From an uncultured virus (IMG/VR IMGVR_UViG_3300005588_000005) (Duplodnaviria > Heunggongvirae > Uroviricota > Caudoviricetes): a stretch of DNA of 64,000 nt. The notes beneath the pieces are model-generated. The model made no database searches, was not told the DNA's origin, and worked only from the letters and a program-made list of their open reading frames with translations. Position 1 is the stretch's first letter. Each line of letters begins with the position of its first letter. Shown one piece after another: positions 9,734 to 18,942 of this stretch. The DNA lies in IMG/VR virus record IMGVR_UViG_3300005588_000005. One strand, written 5' to 3'. A program made the position numbers and the translations under genes.

Positions 9734-9907
9734 TTTGTGTTACTCCGAGAAAGCTCGCTGGGACTGATGATTGCGACTTGGCAATCCAAATGCAAGAGAT
9801 TTCCGCACAATAATTTCCCGGGTGAACGTGGGTCAACGTCCTGATACAACATAATTTCGTCGCCCACTGGGCAAAAGCGGTAAGGTACCCAACAGGGGCA
9901 TTCAAAG

Positions 9908-10273
9908 ATGGACGATTTTCTAGCATCCTTCACATCGGAGCATTTCCATGCGGTCCTATTTTTCGTTGTTGCAGCAGGCGCCGGTTTTTCTCGTACACTT
10001 CGCCAAGTTCGCTACAAGTCTCTTTGGAATCTTCTTGGCCTTGTGGGTTGCTCCGGGTTTCTCAGCCTCATCTGCATTTCTGGTCTGTCTTACATTGACC
10101 CTGATATCACTTCTCAGCTTGTTCCTGGTATCGGCGTGGCGTCGGCTGCCGGGCTGATGGGGAAGGAATTGGAACGGTTCCTACATTCCATCTTCGACTC
10201 TGTGTTGGCCAAATTACTCAAGAAAATCGGGTTCGATGTCAAAGACTATGACGACACCAAAGAAATCAATTAA
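9908..10273 (+). CDS. Holin-like membrane protein
   Basis: 121 aa, three hydrophobic segments, charged C-terminus. Confidence 0.55.
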   Translation: MDDFLASFTSEHFHAVLFFVVAAGAGFSRTLRQVRYKSLWNLLGLVGCSGFLSLICISGLSYIDPDITSQLVPGIGVASAAGLMGKELERFLHSIFDSVLAKLLKKIGFDVKDYDDTKEIN

Positions 10274-10532
10274 CGTTGCAATTCTAGTGCTCACTGTAAT
10301 CGGCGGATTGTTCATTTATTCAAACCGGAACAAATCGACCACGTTGGAAGATGGACAAAACACCAACACGGCTTCGATCCAACGATTGAGCACGCAGGTG
10401 AAAGACCTAGACGACAAGGTCCATCTGCTCAATGACAAGTTCGACAAGAACTTCAAAAACGCCAATCCTGGCGATGTCCTGAAAGAACTGAAAAGCTTTC
10501 GGCACGACTGGGAATCCACTGCCAAGCGATAA
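10248..10532 (+). CDS. Single-TM coiled-coil protein (possibly spanin-like)
   Basis: INVAILVLTVIGGLFIY then heptad-like region; overlaps the holin-like gene. Confidence 0.45.
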   Translation: MTTPKKSINVAILVLTVIGGLFIYSNRNKSTTLEDGQNTNTASIQRLSTQVKDLDDKVHLLNDKFDKNFKNANPGDVLKELKSFRHDWESTAKR

Positions 10533-10568
10533 AAAAACCCCCGACGGTCACTGCACCGCCGGGGGTTC
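10530..10568. terminator. Terminator hairpin between convergent genes
   Basis: A-run then AACCCCCGACGGT...ACCGCCGGGGGTT. Confidence 0.7.
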
Positions 10569-10604
10569 ACCCAAGTACTTCTAGCAAAAACGTTGTACCA
10601 CAAG

Positions 10605-11297
10605 CTAGGTTTGCAAGCCAGTGGCGATCGCTTTGACAGCTGCTTTGAGGTCGCTGAGGTCTTTGATCGAACCACTTGCGACGAGTTTGGAAAGTTCCAC
10701 GACAATCGGTGAATACCAACCGTTGTCCCAGTCGGTCGTGTTGTCGCGCGGTCGCTCGGCCAAGACTCGGCGGACAACCTGGTCAATCCGCTTGTCCACT
10801 TCTTCCGGGGTTCCTGTGAACTGGACTCCCATCAAACGCATACCAAGCTTTGCCCTTGTCTGTTCGTCGCCAAGGCCCGTCGAAAGCGATCGACTCAATT
10901 CCTCGAGCGGTTTGAATCCGGCCGGTGGCGGTGGAGGAGGCGGAGGCGTCGGTCCACCAATGTCTGCACCGGTGACCTTCACATACTTGTCGATGTGGTT
11001 CATAGCGAATCCATCCTCTGCATTTCCACCGACACCACTAAGGATCAATCGGTAAACGCCTGCTTTGTCGGGGAACACCATAAGCTTTCCAGGATTCCGT
11101 TCCTGGCATTCGAAAACGTTGTCTTCAAGCTCTCGTGGCTTGATGAAGTAGAACGCCGTGGCGGTCGTTCCTTCTGTTGTGAAGATGGCAATCTTTCCGA
11201 CTTTGATTTCGTCGGGACCGTTGATCACCAGTTTGAATTCGTCGGCAAAAGCACTCGGCGTCGCCAACAGCAGCAGGGTAAGGATCATGTTTCTCAT
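10605..11297 (-). CDS. Exported protein: signal peptide, Ig/PKD-like region, polyproline linker, helical domain
   Basis: MRNMILTLLLLATPSAFA; GGPTPPPPPPPPAG. Confidence 0.75.
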   Translation of the reverse strand: MRNMILTLLLLATPSAFADEFKLVINGPDEIKVGKIAIFTTEGTTATAFYFIKPRELEDNVFECQERNPGKLMVFPDKAGVYRLILSGVGGNAEDGFAMNHIDKYVKVTGADIGGPTPPPPPPPPAGFKPLEELSRSLSTGLGDEQTRAKLGMRLMGVQFTGTPEEVDKRIDQVVRRVLAERPRDNTTDWDNGWYSPIVVELSKLVASGSIKDLSDLKAAVKAIATGLQT

Positions 11298-12355
11298 CAG
11301 AATTGGTAACTCCGCAACAATCGGGGGCCTTTTTGAGCCATGTCCGTCAGCAGCTTTTCAATGTCCGGATAGCCGTATCCGGAGTCACGATCGTATCCGG
11401 GTTTCCCAAGATCGATTCCATAGTCTTTCATCAGGTTAAATACCGGACGAATGTTGCGCCAGTTTGGCGCGCCGGATGCCCGGTGGAGACACAAGACACC
11501 GCCCATCAGGTTTCCCCAGTTGGGAGTTGCCATTGACGTCCCGCTCATCAGACGCATCAGAGTTTGATTCTGGTTGGATGCCGACATAATGTTGACACCA
11601 GCGTCGGCGATCAAAACTTCCCCTCGAGATGAGAACGCAGCGATATTGCGATTCTCGTCGCGAGCCGCGATCGCTGGGAGGTTGGGATCCGCCGCCGGCC
11701 AACCGACACCGCGGTTACCACTGTTGCCGGCAGCAATCGCCGGAATGATGCCTGCTTCGATGCACGCATACAGGGCTTTGATTGTCGGTTCGTGTCGTTG
11801 GTTTCCACCGAGCGACATATTGAGAATGCTGACCTGCAATCCGTCTGATCCTCGCCATTCTCTCGCGTGATTGATACCGTTAAGTATCCAGCTTGATTGC
11901 CCTGAACCTCCATTCGAGAGCACTTTTTCAACGCCGTGCTGGAATCCAACAAACCGGGTGAACCGGCGATTGTTCCCGGCGATCGTCCCACCGACGTGCG
12001 TTCCGTGAGAATTCCCGTCAAAGGCAGATTGCCCAGGAACGTGCGATTCGTGGTACAGAGGCTTGTCGATGATCTGGTGGGGGTTTTCACCCGTGTCGCA
12101 GATCGAAACGACGATCGTGTCGGCGTACGGCGCGATCATATCGTTGATTTCGTCCAGAATCTCGACTGAGGGCTGCTCAGTCTGCCACGAACGGGTTTCT
12201 GCCGCTGCCTGCGACATTTGCACCGCACCGCCTTCCTCGTCGTCTGGTGGCAGGAAAACGGGCGGATCGTCGTCGCTGAAAACGATGTTCGGCTCCGGAT
12301 CTGGTTTCCGGAAGAACTCTTCGTGATCAAAGCCTTCCCAAGTTGCTTGGTACAT
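11297..12355 (-). CDS. Subtilisin-family (S8) serine peptidase
   Basis: Triad motifs ICDTG, HGTHVGG, GTSMATP; NMSLGG, AAGNSG. Confidence 0.93.
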   Translation of the reverse strand: MYQATWEGFDHEEFFRKPDPEPNIVFSDDDPPVFLPPDDEEGGAVQMSQAAAETRSWQTEQPSVEILDEINDMIAPYADTIVVSICDTGENPHQIIDKPLYHESHVPGQSAFDGNSHGTHVGGTIAGNNRRFTRFVGFQHGVEKVLSNGGSGQSSWILNGINHAREWRGSDGLQVSILNMSLGGNQRHEPTIKALYACIEAGIIPAIAAGNSGNRGVGWPAADPNLPAIAARDENRNIAAFSSRGEVLIADAGVNIMSASNQNQTLMRLMSGTSMATPNWGNLMGGVLCLHRASGAPNWRNIRPVFNLMKDYGIDLGKPGYDRDSGYGYPDIEKLLTDMAQKGPRLLRSYQF

Positions 12356-13377
12356 TATTTTGCCGCCAACTGTGATGCGAGATTGAAGGTAGTTGGGACC
12401 GCCGCTGGAACAACGGTGGTTACGAATATCTCAGAATCGCCTGGCGTCTTGTACGATTCCGTCTCGAAACCGTCGATCCCATCGAAATGGTTGTGGAGGT
12501 ACGAAACGATCCGGGCGCCAGGCCGCAAATGCTTCAGACGATCGGTCAAGCGTTCCATCATCGGAGTACCTGGATAATGGAACAGGAACACGACATCGCC
12601 GTCAGAAGCGTTTGTATCCTCAATGTCGCGTTCCATGATCTGGACGTTCTTCAGGTCGCATGTTCGCTCCACGGCCATCTTGAACGTTTCCGGGTTCGAT
12701 TCGACGCCAATGCACATCAGAGCGTACGGTGACGCATACTCGAGTATTCGGCCGTCTCCGCAGCCAAGATCGTACACCACGTCATCCGGACCGATCTGTG
12801 CGAGCGTGACCATCATCTTCGCGTCACCCTCGGGCGTTGGGGCGAAATCCAACGTGATATCGATGATCTCGTCCTTCGCCGCTACAGACTTTGTAGCAAT
12901 CTGAGGTGATGCTACAGACTTTGTAGCGACCGGAACCCACTGGTCGACCCAAACCTTTTCAGTTACCGGTACGTTCCTGAACGTGCAACGGCCGTTGATG
13001 CAACCCGTCTTTATCTGGACCATCTTGGTCCGCTCGACCTGGACCTTCACCAGGCTCATTGCCCCTGAGGACGTTGTCGCCGCTGGAACGGATTGCACCG
13101 GCGGGGCAACTGGCCGCGCGGCAACAGTCGGTCGTGTCGTCAAATACTTGATCGGATGATTTACGCCACCGATTCGGACATAGGAATCACCGCGGTTCAC
13201 CGCTGCCTGTGCAGATTGCAGCATCGGGCAATTCGCGTTGGAACAACAACCGGAGGTCAGAACCCCGTCGGTCGCCACAAAATTGTACGTGGCCTGGCGA
13301 CTACCAAACCAACGTCCCCTTGCAGCGTCGGCCGTCGTCGCGACCAACATCAAAACCACTGCTAACAAAAGCCTCAT
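12355..13377 (-). CDS. Signal-peptide-bearing protein with C-terminal class I SAM methyltransferase domain
   Basis: MRLLLAVVLMLVATTADA; VVYDLGCGDGRIL; LRPGARIVS. Confidence 0.8.
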   Translation of the reverse strand: MRLLLAVVLMLVATTADAARGRWFGSRQATYNFVATDGVLTSGCCSNANCPMLQSAQAAVNRGDSYVRIGGVNHPIKYLTTRPTVAARPVAPPVQSVPAATTSSGAMSLVKVQVERTKMVQIKTGCINGRCTFRNVPVTEKVWVDQWVPVATKSVASPQIATKSVAAKDEIIDITLDFAPTPEGDAKMMVTLAQIGPDDVVYDLGCGDGRILEYASPYALMCIGVESNPETFKMAVERTCDLKNVQIMERDIEDTNASDGDVVFLFHYPGTPMMERLTDRLKHLRPGARIVSYLHNHFDGIDGFETESYKTPGDSEIFVTTVVPAAVPTTFNLASQLAAK

Positions 13378-13380
13378 CGG

Positions 13381-13470
13381 TCACTCCCAAGAAAGTAGGC
13401 AAGAGATGGAAACAACAGCCAACGTGGCTGCGAAGCCCATCCAGTAGTACAGAATCAGAGGGTCATACAT
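13381..13470 (-). CDS. 29-aa single-TM microprotein
   Basis: Hand translation MYDPLILYYWMGFAATLAVVSISCLLSWE; fills the gap in the operon. Confidence 0.5.
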   Translation of the reverse strand: MYDPLILYYWMGFAATLAVVSISCLLSWE

Positions 13471-13477
13471 CGGAAGG

Positions 13478-13978
13478 TTAGAAACTCCCCAGCCATTCAA
13501 GAATTAACGGAAGTAAGATTTTGAGCAATTCCGCCCAAAAGTCTTGATCAATCTTGACCTCCACATCAGACGTTCCATCGTCATTTTCAAGCACGGTATA
13601 TGTGATCGCGCCAGCGTCCATCGCTTTTGCAATCACGCGATCGCATACCGCATCGGCGACAACTGGCCTTCTGAGCTTCGTCAACAATCCAATTTTTCGG
13701 AGGGGCCCGACGTCGCTGGACCTGATCAAGTCGCGAACGTCCTTCATCGCCTTTTCTCGGACGGGACTTTGGTCCGACTCATACGTCTTGGTGAATACCA
13801 GGACATTGGATCCAGTATCGCTCGGTCCAGCCGGATCCGCGATCGGGATCGGCGCCGAATCAGCTTCGAGAGGGGCAGGAGTCTGCGGGGAAATTTGAAT
13901 TTGCGAAAATGCCGTTTCGGACAACATGATGCAAAGAACGACGCCAAGACCCACGGACAACAACTTGTTTTGTCTCAT
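13478..13978 (-). CDS. Exported/membrane protein with amphipathic C-terminus
   Basis: Signal-like N-terminus MRQNKLLSVGLGVVLCIML; ends FWAELLKILLPLILEWLGSF. Confidence 0.7.
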   Translation of the reverse strand: MRQNKLLSVGLGVVLCIMLSETAFSQIQISPQTPAPLEADSAPIPIADPAGPSDTGSNVLVFTKTYESDQSPVREKAMKDVRDLIRSSDVGPLRKIGLLTKLRRPVVADAVCDRVIAKAMDAGAITYTVLENDDGTSDVEVKIDQDFWAELLKILLPLILEWLGSF

Positions 13979-14002
13979 CACAAATACCTTTGTGCACAAA
14001 CG

Positions 14003-14036
14003 AAAAAACGGTCAACGACAACATGCCGTTGACCGT
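14003..14036 (-). terminator. Intrinsic terminator after the ProQ-like gene
   Basis: ACGGTCAACG/CGTTGACCGT followed by T6 on the minus strand. Confidence 0.7.
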
Positions 14037-14073
14037 ACTGGTCAAGTGTAGTGAATTCGAATAATCGCAGGAA

Positions 14074-14505
14074 CTATCTACGTTTGCCCTTTCGGAGACT
14101 CTTTGGCGTGTATTCCTGCTCTAGCTTTCCCATTGTGACAGCGGCTTGCTTGGCGTGCTTTTCCTCAACAGGCCCCGACAACTGCTGTTCTATTGAATAC
14201 CGAAACCCCGACTCGGTGATAGATTTCAGGTACTCGTATCGGCCTGTCCACCATCTGAGAAACCGGTCGACCGCCTTGTTCGATGCCTCTGGAAGCTGGG
14301 ATCGGATCTCCCTGTGGACCCCAACGGCCAACGGGGTCGGTTTTTTGGGATCAAACATCGACGGCGCGATCGCCTGCATTACGCAAAGGATTTGCTGTCT
14401 TTCCTGCTTAATCCGCTTTCGCTTTTCCGGTGTCCACCTCCGTGCCTTCTTTTTTTGTTTTGTAGGGGGGCTTTGTTGTTTTCTCACCTGATTTCTCACA
14501 TTCAC
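14074..14505 (-). CDS. ProQ/FinO family RNA chaperone
   Basis: PSMFDPKKPTPLAVGVH...FLRWWT.RYEYL...RY...GPVEEKH.KQA matches the PLKxGI / YL / RxDLxG FinO pattern. Confidence 0.8.
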   Translation of the reverse strand: MNVRNQVRKQQSPPTKQKKKARRWTPEKRKRIKQERQQILCVMQAIAPSMFDPKKPTPLAVGVHREIRSQLPEASNKAVDRFLRWWTGRYEYLKSITESGFRYSIEQQLSGPVEEKHAKQAAVTMGKLEQEYTPKSLRKGKRR

Positions 14506-14680
14506 AGAGGATGTCTAACCGACCACAACCACCACATCGGCAATCGTCACAGATCGTATTTTCCGTCGTGTTCGGGCAATTCGCACAACGGCTGATTCTC
14601 GGTGGTTTGATGGAAACATCGACGTCACCACCGTAATCAGTGTTCTCGAAGATAAATCGCCCTTGGGTAATGCTCGTCAT
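14408..14680 (-). CDS. Small Cys-rich hypothetical protein
   Basis: CANC...CDDCRCGGC...CEC; start overlaps the upstream stop. Confidence 0.5.
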   Translation of the reverse strand: MTSITQGRFIFENTDYGGDVDVSIKPPRISRCANCPNTTENTICDDCRCGGCGRLDILCECEKSGEKTTKPPYKTKKEGTEVDTGKAKAD

Positions 14681-15102
14681 GATCCCACCACAAACGCGCC
14701 GCAATCGATCACAGTCACGTCATCGATTCCAGAAGGTTGTTTGTCCGGCGGCAATTCAAACGTTTCAATCTGCGTGCCGCTGTATCGCTCAACCATCTGG
14801 CGGAGTTCCTGCAGACGCTCGGACGATGAAATCTGTAGTTGAGACTCCTTCGACGGCAGATCGGAATTGCGAGCATCCAACAACTCTTCTTTCAAAGCCT
14901 CGATTGTTTCAAGCAACCGGCATTCGCGGGGCGACAGTCCGCTGGTATCACCATCCAGGAGATACGGACCGAACATTTCGCGAAGTTCGTAGTCGTCGTA
15001 GGCGTGTTCGTGAGGCTTTCGGAAACGTGCCCTCACTGCCAATCTCCCCTCGAGGGAGAACACCCTTTCCTTAAGTTCTTTGATTCGTTCTTTCTTGCTC
15101 AT
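14677..15102 (-). CDS. Hypothetical protein
   Basis: 141-aa ORF with coupled start/stop overlaps. Confidence 0.65.
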   Translation of the reverse strand: MSKKERIKELKERVFSLEGRLAVRARFRKPHEHAYDDYELREMFGPYLLDGDTSGLSPRECRLLETIEALKEELLDARNSDLPSKESQLQISSSERLQELRQMVERYSGTQIETFELPPDKQPSGIDDVTVIDCGAFVVGS

Positions 15103-15596
15103 CGCTTTTTTGATGCCTTTAGTGCGAGGTTGAATAAGGTTTCTGTATCGATCTTTGTCGGCTTCTTCAGCCTTGGCGCGACACGCTGATAGATTGGTCG
15201 ATTGTGATCTTCGTCAAACTCGATCAACCCGCAATGTGCTGGAATGTCTTCGACATTGAGCAACCTGACCGGTGTCACGAAATAAAACTGCTTTGGCTTC
15301 GGAATAAATTCCCGTTTCGTCCATTGGCGACTGCTCAAGATCGGTTCGGCTGAGCTATACGCATCGTGTTTAAGTAAACTGCCGGACTTCCAACGACGTT
15401 CGGACTTCAAGAAATCCTTTCTGTAGTCGGCAACAGACGTTTTGATCTCGAATTCGGTCCAAAACAAAGACTTCGTCACCAACACGACGTCGCTCTCCCA
15501 GGTGCTTCCAAGGAGAGTGACGTTGGGAATAACAAAGTTCCCAATCTTTCGTTGGAGATGACGAATCATCTTGTTTTGGATCTCGTTGGCGTCCAT
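15099..15596 (-). CDS. MmcB-like PD-(D/E)xK nuclease
   Basis: WESDVVLV...EFEIKTSVADYRKD...FYFVTP...IPAHCGLI. Confidence 0.7.
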   Translation of the reverse strand: MDANEIQNKMIRHLQRKIGNFVIPNVTLLGSTWESDVVLVTKSLFWTEFEIKTSVADYRKDFLKSERRWKSGSLLKHDAYSSAEPILSSRQWTKREFIPKPKQFYFVTPVRLLNVEDIPAHCGLIEFDEDHNRPIYQRVAPRLKKPTKIDTETLFNLALKASKKR

Positions 15597-15793
15597 CAGT
15601 CAACCTTGATGTACGTGGCTTTCTTGTCGTGGTGTGAAATCACCAGGAAAACGCCATCGTCGCCCTGGAAAGAAGGTGGTCGGTTAGAAACACCGATGAT
15701 CAGACCGTCGTCGTCGGGGATACGCTCCCCGATCAAATCTTCGGCTTCTGCACGGGTCAACGGTTTTCGTTGTGGTTCTTTTACTTCAGACAT
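15596..15793 (-). CDS. Hypothetical protein
   Basis: 65-aa ORF, tightly packed with neighbours. Confidence 0.55.
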   Translation of the reverse strand: MSEVKEPQRKPLTRAEAEDLIGERIPDDDGLIIGVSNRPPSFQGDDGVFLVISHHDKKATYIKVD

Positions 15794-15796
15794 CGC

Positions 15797-16165
15797 TCAA
15801 AAGCCTCCTGAGTTTTCAGAGTTGGAGCTATTGAGATTTGGGTTATCTCGCCAGTGATACCAACCGTTGGTCACCTTTCCCTGCGGAATATCCTTCGGTT
15901 GACGCTTGATGAACAACGTGTCTCCTTTTTTGTGCTGACCAAGGTCCAATTGCTTGTCGCAATCGATGCAACGGAGATAGAAGTACTCATCGTTGTTACT
16001 GTTCGTTCTGCGGAAAGGCCTGATATTGACGCTCTTGCACGCACCGCAACAGGTTTCCGAGAACACTTCCGCCCACAAGGCAAGTTCGCGAACACCGTCA
16101 ACAACAGTACTCGCGTCGACTTCGATCCAAACCTTGCCAATCTGCTGTCTGATTTTTGCAGCCAT
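15797..16165 (-). CDS. Zn-ribbon hypothetical protein
   Basis: CGACKS...LRCIDC; GAGGAG RBS. Confidence 0.7.
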   Translation of the reverse strand: MAAKIRQQIGKVWIEVDASTVVDGVRELALWAEVFSETCCGACKSVNIRPFRRTNSNNDEYFYLRCIDCDKQLDLGQHKKGDTLFIKRQPKDIPQGKVTNGWYHWRDNPNLNSSNSENSGGF

Positions 16166-16182
16166 CGTCTCAACTCCTCGTA

Positions 16183-16869
16183 CTAAGAAAAACTTCCGTC
16201 ATCACAAATGCTTCGCGCCAACACGGCGTCAAGCTGCTTGTCGAGTTCGATCGCATCCTCGCTTTCAAACCCGATCCCATTCATGACCTGCTCTAAACAG
16301 GTCCACTGTTGAAGACCGTCCCAATCATTGAGCCAATCGTAGTATCGCGGATCCAGGCTATCGATCGGCTTGCCAACGTGTTTCCCGAATGGCATCAGGT
16401 CGTCCGGGCGAAGACCCAACCCGGGTTCGACGCGCGCCAACACCGCGTCGCAATACCACAGGACGGTATCAACAACAGGAGGCTTCGGGATCCACTGGTC
16501 GGGGAACGCTTTTTCCGAATAGCACTTCCCAGAATGGAAACTGCATTGTCGCTTGTCCGTGAGTTGGACATAGAGAACGTGCTGGTGGACTTCCGTTTTC
16601 CTATCCACCTGCCAACCCCACTCGATTTTCATCGCAGCGCCCCAGCGCGAGAGAACGGCATCGAGGTATTGCAACGCTTCGTTCTTGCCGTCGTATGACG
16701 ATTGTCGGTCGTTGTGCCGACGGTAGGTTTTCGCCAAGGTCGATCGTTTCTGGGCCCGGAAGAGTCCGAAAGCCAGCTGCCCGGCTCGTCCGCGGCAGAG
16801 AAGATCGTTTTGAAACTCCACGGTCTTGTCTCTTGATCGCGTTTCGAACGCTTCAAGTGCATGGATCAT
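16183..16869 (-). CDS. Hypothetical protein with C-terminal MPFGKH domain
   Basis: LMPFGKHVGKPIDSLDPRYYDWL. Confidence 0.7.
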   Translation of the reverse strand: MIHALEAFETRSRDKTVEFQNDLLCRGRAGQLAFGLFRAQKRSTLAKTYRRHNDRQSSYDGKNEALQYLDAVLSRWGAAMKIEWGWQVDRKTEVHQHVLYVQLTDKRQCSFHSGKCYSEKAFPDQWIPKPPVVDTVLWYCDAVLARVEPGLGLRPDDLMPFGKHVGKPIDSLDPRYYDWLNDWDGLQQWTCLEQVMNGIGFESEDAIELDKQLDAVLARSICDDGSFS

Positions 16870-16939
16870 TTGTCAGTCTCCGAATTCACAGCTACCTGAG
16901 GTCACTCCACTTTGGGACTTTTCTCGCAAGTTCTGGCGA

Positions 16940-17575
16940 CTAGTCAATAACCAAATCGATTAATTGCTCAATCGTCTCGTTTCCCCAATGGCAAATCGAG
17001 CACTTTTCGTAACCCGTGTTGTACGGATGCTGCGGATCCAGGTGTGAAGCCGGTTGCCCGCAAATGCAGCACGGAACGAACTCCGCTCCCTCGCCGGCAT
17101 CCAGATACCGGACGCCCTTCGGATCGTCGCCGAACATTGTTTCAAACGTGTAAACGCGAGGATTGTCGAAAACCATCAGCAACCACGCCCAAATCGCCGG
17201 CGTGTAGTGTTCGACCATCTCGGCGACCGACTTGAACGCTGGGCTACCTTCCGACACTTCTAAGATCGCGGACCAATCAAATCCTCGCTTCGCCAACCCA
17301 CGGTTCATCGGCAAGGCGTTGTTGGCCTGCATGTGAAGAAGACCGGCACAATGCTTGGGCTTGTCTCCTTTGAAATTCCGGGGCCCGTCGCAGCCATTCC
17401 GGTTGTCCGTCTTGTGGCAAGTGTGCATCAAGAACCCATCACTGGCCAAGTCGATGTATTGTTGCAGCGACGTGATTACGCCGAAGTGCGTTGCCGGTCC
17501 GTTCCTGGTAAACGGGCAGTCGCCGCAAGGATGATGGAGGTCAAAATCCATCTCTACCGATCGCAGTGGTTGCAT
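16940..17575 (-). CDS. Cys/His-rich hypothetical phage protein
   Basis: PCGDCPF...CHKT...HCAG; CCICG...CSIC. Confidence 0.7.
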   Translation of the reverse strand: MQPLRSVEMDFDLHHPCGDCPFTRNGPATHFGVITSLQQYIDLASDGFLMHTCHKTDNRNGCDGPRNFKGDKPKHCAGLLHMQANNALPMNRGLAKRGFDWSAILEVSEGSPAFKSVAEMVEHYTPAIWAWLLMVFDNPRVYTFETMFGDDPKGVRYLDAGEGAEFVPCCICGQPASHLDPQHPYNTGYEKCSICHWGNETIEQLIDLVID

Positions 17576-17859
17576 CAGTACGGCACCAACGAATGGAGCT
17601 TTTCGGCGATGGACATCAAACCGTCAGTGTTCCGAATCTCGTCCGGTGACAACGGCTCGCCGACAAACGCTCCGCTGATCATGAACTGGAAAGAGACGAC
17701 GCGATTTTCGTCGTTTAGATTGGACAAATACCCCCAATTCTCACCATCGATTCGGTATCGGCGAGAGAGGATTCCAAGGATTTCACCGGCGTTCCGGTAC
17801 TTCATCGTCTCCGCGTACAGTTCGCCGGCGGAGAACGGTTTCGTCTGATTCTGTTCCAT
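17575..17859 (-). CDS. Hypothetical protein
   Basis: ORF coupled to the next gene (TGATG). Confidence 0.6.
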   Translation of the reverse strand: MEQNQTKPFSAGELYAETMKYRNAGEILGILSRRYRIDGENWGYLSNLNDENRVVSFQFMISGAFVGEPLSPDEIRNTDGLMSIAEKLHSLVPY

Positions 17860-17875
17860 TTCTGTCCCTTTGCTC

Positions 17876-17910
17876 AAAAAGAAGGCACCGCAAAAAGGGC
17901 AGCGGTGCTC
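17876..17910 (-). terminator. Terminator-like hairpin
   Basis: GCACCGC/GCGGTGC followed by a T-rich tract on the minus strand. Confidence 0.5.
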
Positions 17911-17960
17911 AGTTTCTAAACACCCCGTTGGTGTTCAATCTGGAAGTGTCGCAGTCAGAT

Positions 17961-18191
17961 CTAAAGTCGACTCGCGATCGCTACCCCGACTTCAACGATA
18001 TTCAACGCCCAGAACAACCACCATTGCCAACGCAGTCGCTTAATCCACCAAGCCACCGCCAGACCGCCCATGAATAAGTGGGCCACGTCCTTGTACGCTT
18101 GTGACCACGCAAATGATTCGGGCTCAACGTTGAATCCGATCCAAACCCTTGCCACTGCCAACACTAATCCGATTGCTACTGTAGTCTTCAT
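17961..18191 (-). CDS. Small membrane protein (three hydrophobic segments)
   Basis: 76 aa, Trp-rich. Confidence 0.65.
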   Translation of the reverse strand: MKTTVAIGLVLAVARVWIGFNVEPESFAWSQAYKDVAHLFMGGLAVAWWIKRLRWQWWLFWALNIVEVGVAIASRL

Positions 18192-18272
18192 TTTGAATCC
18201 ATCTGTACCGAAGCCGCGAAGTTCGGTTGAATTGAAATAAGGTCCACCGTCGCGACTCGGTGATCGCTGGCG

Positions 18273-18620
18273 TTACGACGAGGCCAAGAAATCTTTTTCG
18301 GCGGACGTTGGTTCCCTGAATTTCACAAGACACTCGGCGGCACCAATTAGGTGTTTTGCCGTTTCGATGCAATACTCGACTGACGTTTCGTATTTGTCGT
18401 GCTTTGCAACCTTGCGATCCAATTCGTCAATCCGTTGATTGAGCATTTTGATCTGCTGCAATCGTTCGGCTGATTTCTCGGCCTTACGTTGTAGTTTCGC
18501 AAGCTCTTTCTCGTCCACGGGTATGGTCGCAACCATGCGTTGCACCGAAGCCGAATCGTTGTTGTTTTCCGGCATGTCTAATAGCTCTCCAACTTTCAAA
18601 ATGTATTCAACGTCTAACAT
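18273..18620 (-). CDS. Coiled-coil hypothetical protein (start uncertain)
   Basis: LAKLQRKAEKSAERLQQIKMLNQRIDEL. Confidence 0.55.
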   Translation of the reverse strand: MLDVEYILKVGELLDMPENNNDSASVQRMVATIPVDEKELAKLQRKAEKSAERLQQIKMLNQRIDELDRKVAKHDKYETSVEYCIETAKHLIGAAECLVKFREPTSAEKDFLASS

Positions 18621-18645
18621 GTGCCTGCTCGGTGAATGTTGGTCG

Positions 18646-18885
18646 CTACTCCTCGTGCTCTGGATCATCGGTAACTTCCGCTGGCGACTCTTCCGTGAAC
18701 CAAACGCAACTGACAGGCACCGAAAAACACTGCCCGGTGGCAACATCCTTTACGACACCGATATGCCCGCCGGTGTTTCGGTTGTGGCTCCCATCAGCCC
18801 CCCACGAAAGCAAAACACCACGGCGAAAATTGTTACTGCCCGTGCTTTTCGAATACCAACACCTTTCATCGATTCTGGATGCCAT
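18646..18885 (-). CDS. Hypothetical protein
   Basis: MASRIDERCW... small beta-rich protein. Confidence 0.55.
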   Translation of the reverse strand: MASRIDERCWYSKSTGSNNFRRGVLLSWGADGSHNRNTGGHIGVVKDVATGQCFSVPVSCVWFTEESPAEVTDDPEHEE

Positions 18886-18942
18886 TTTATTGCTCTCTTG
18901 CCGCATCGCGGCGGTATGGGTTGTGGTTTTCTGGCGGTCACT

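Noticed and set aside
9730..9933. 67-aa minus-strand ORF upstream of the exonuclease
   Set aside because: Overlaps the holin-like start head-to-head and probably spans a divergent promoter region; not supportable
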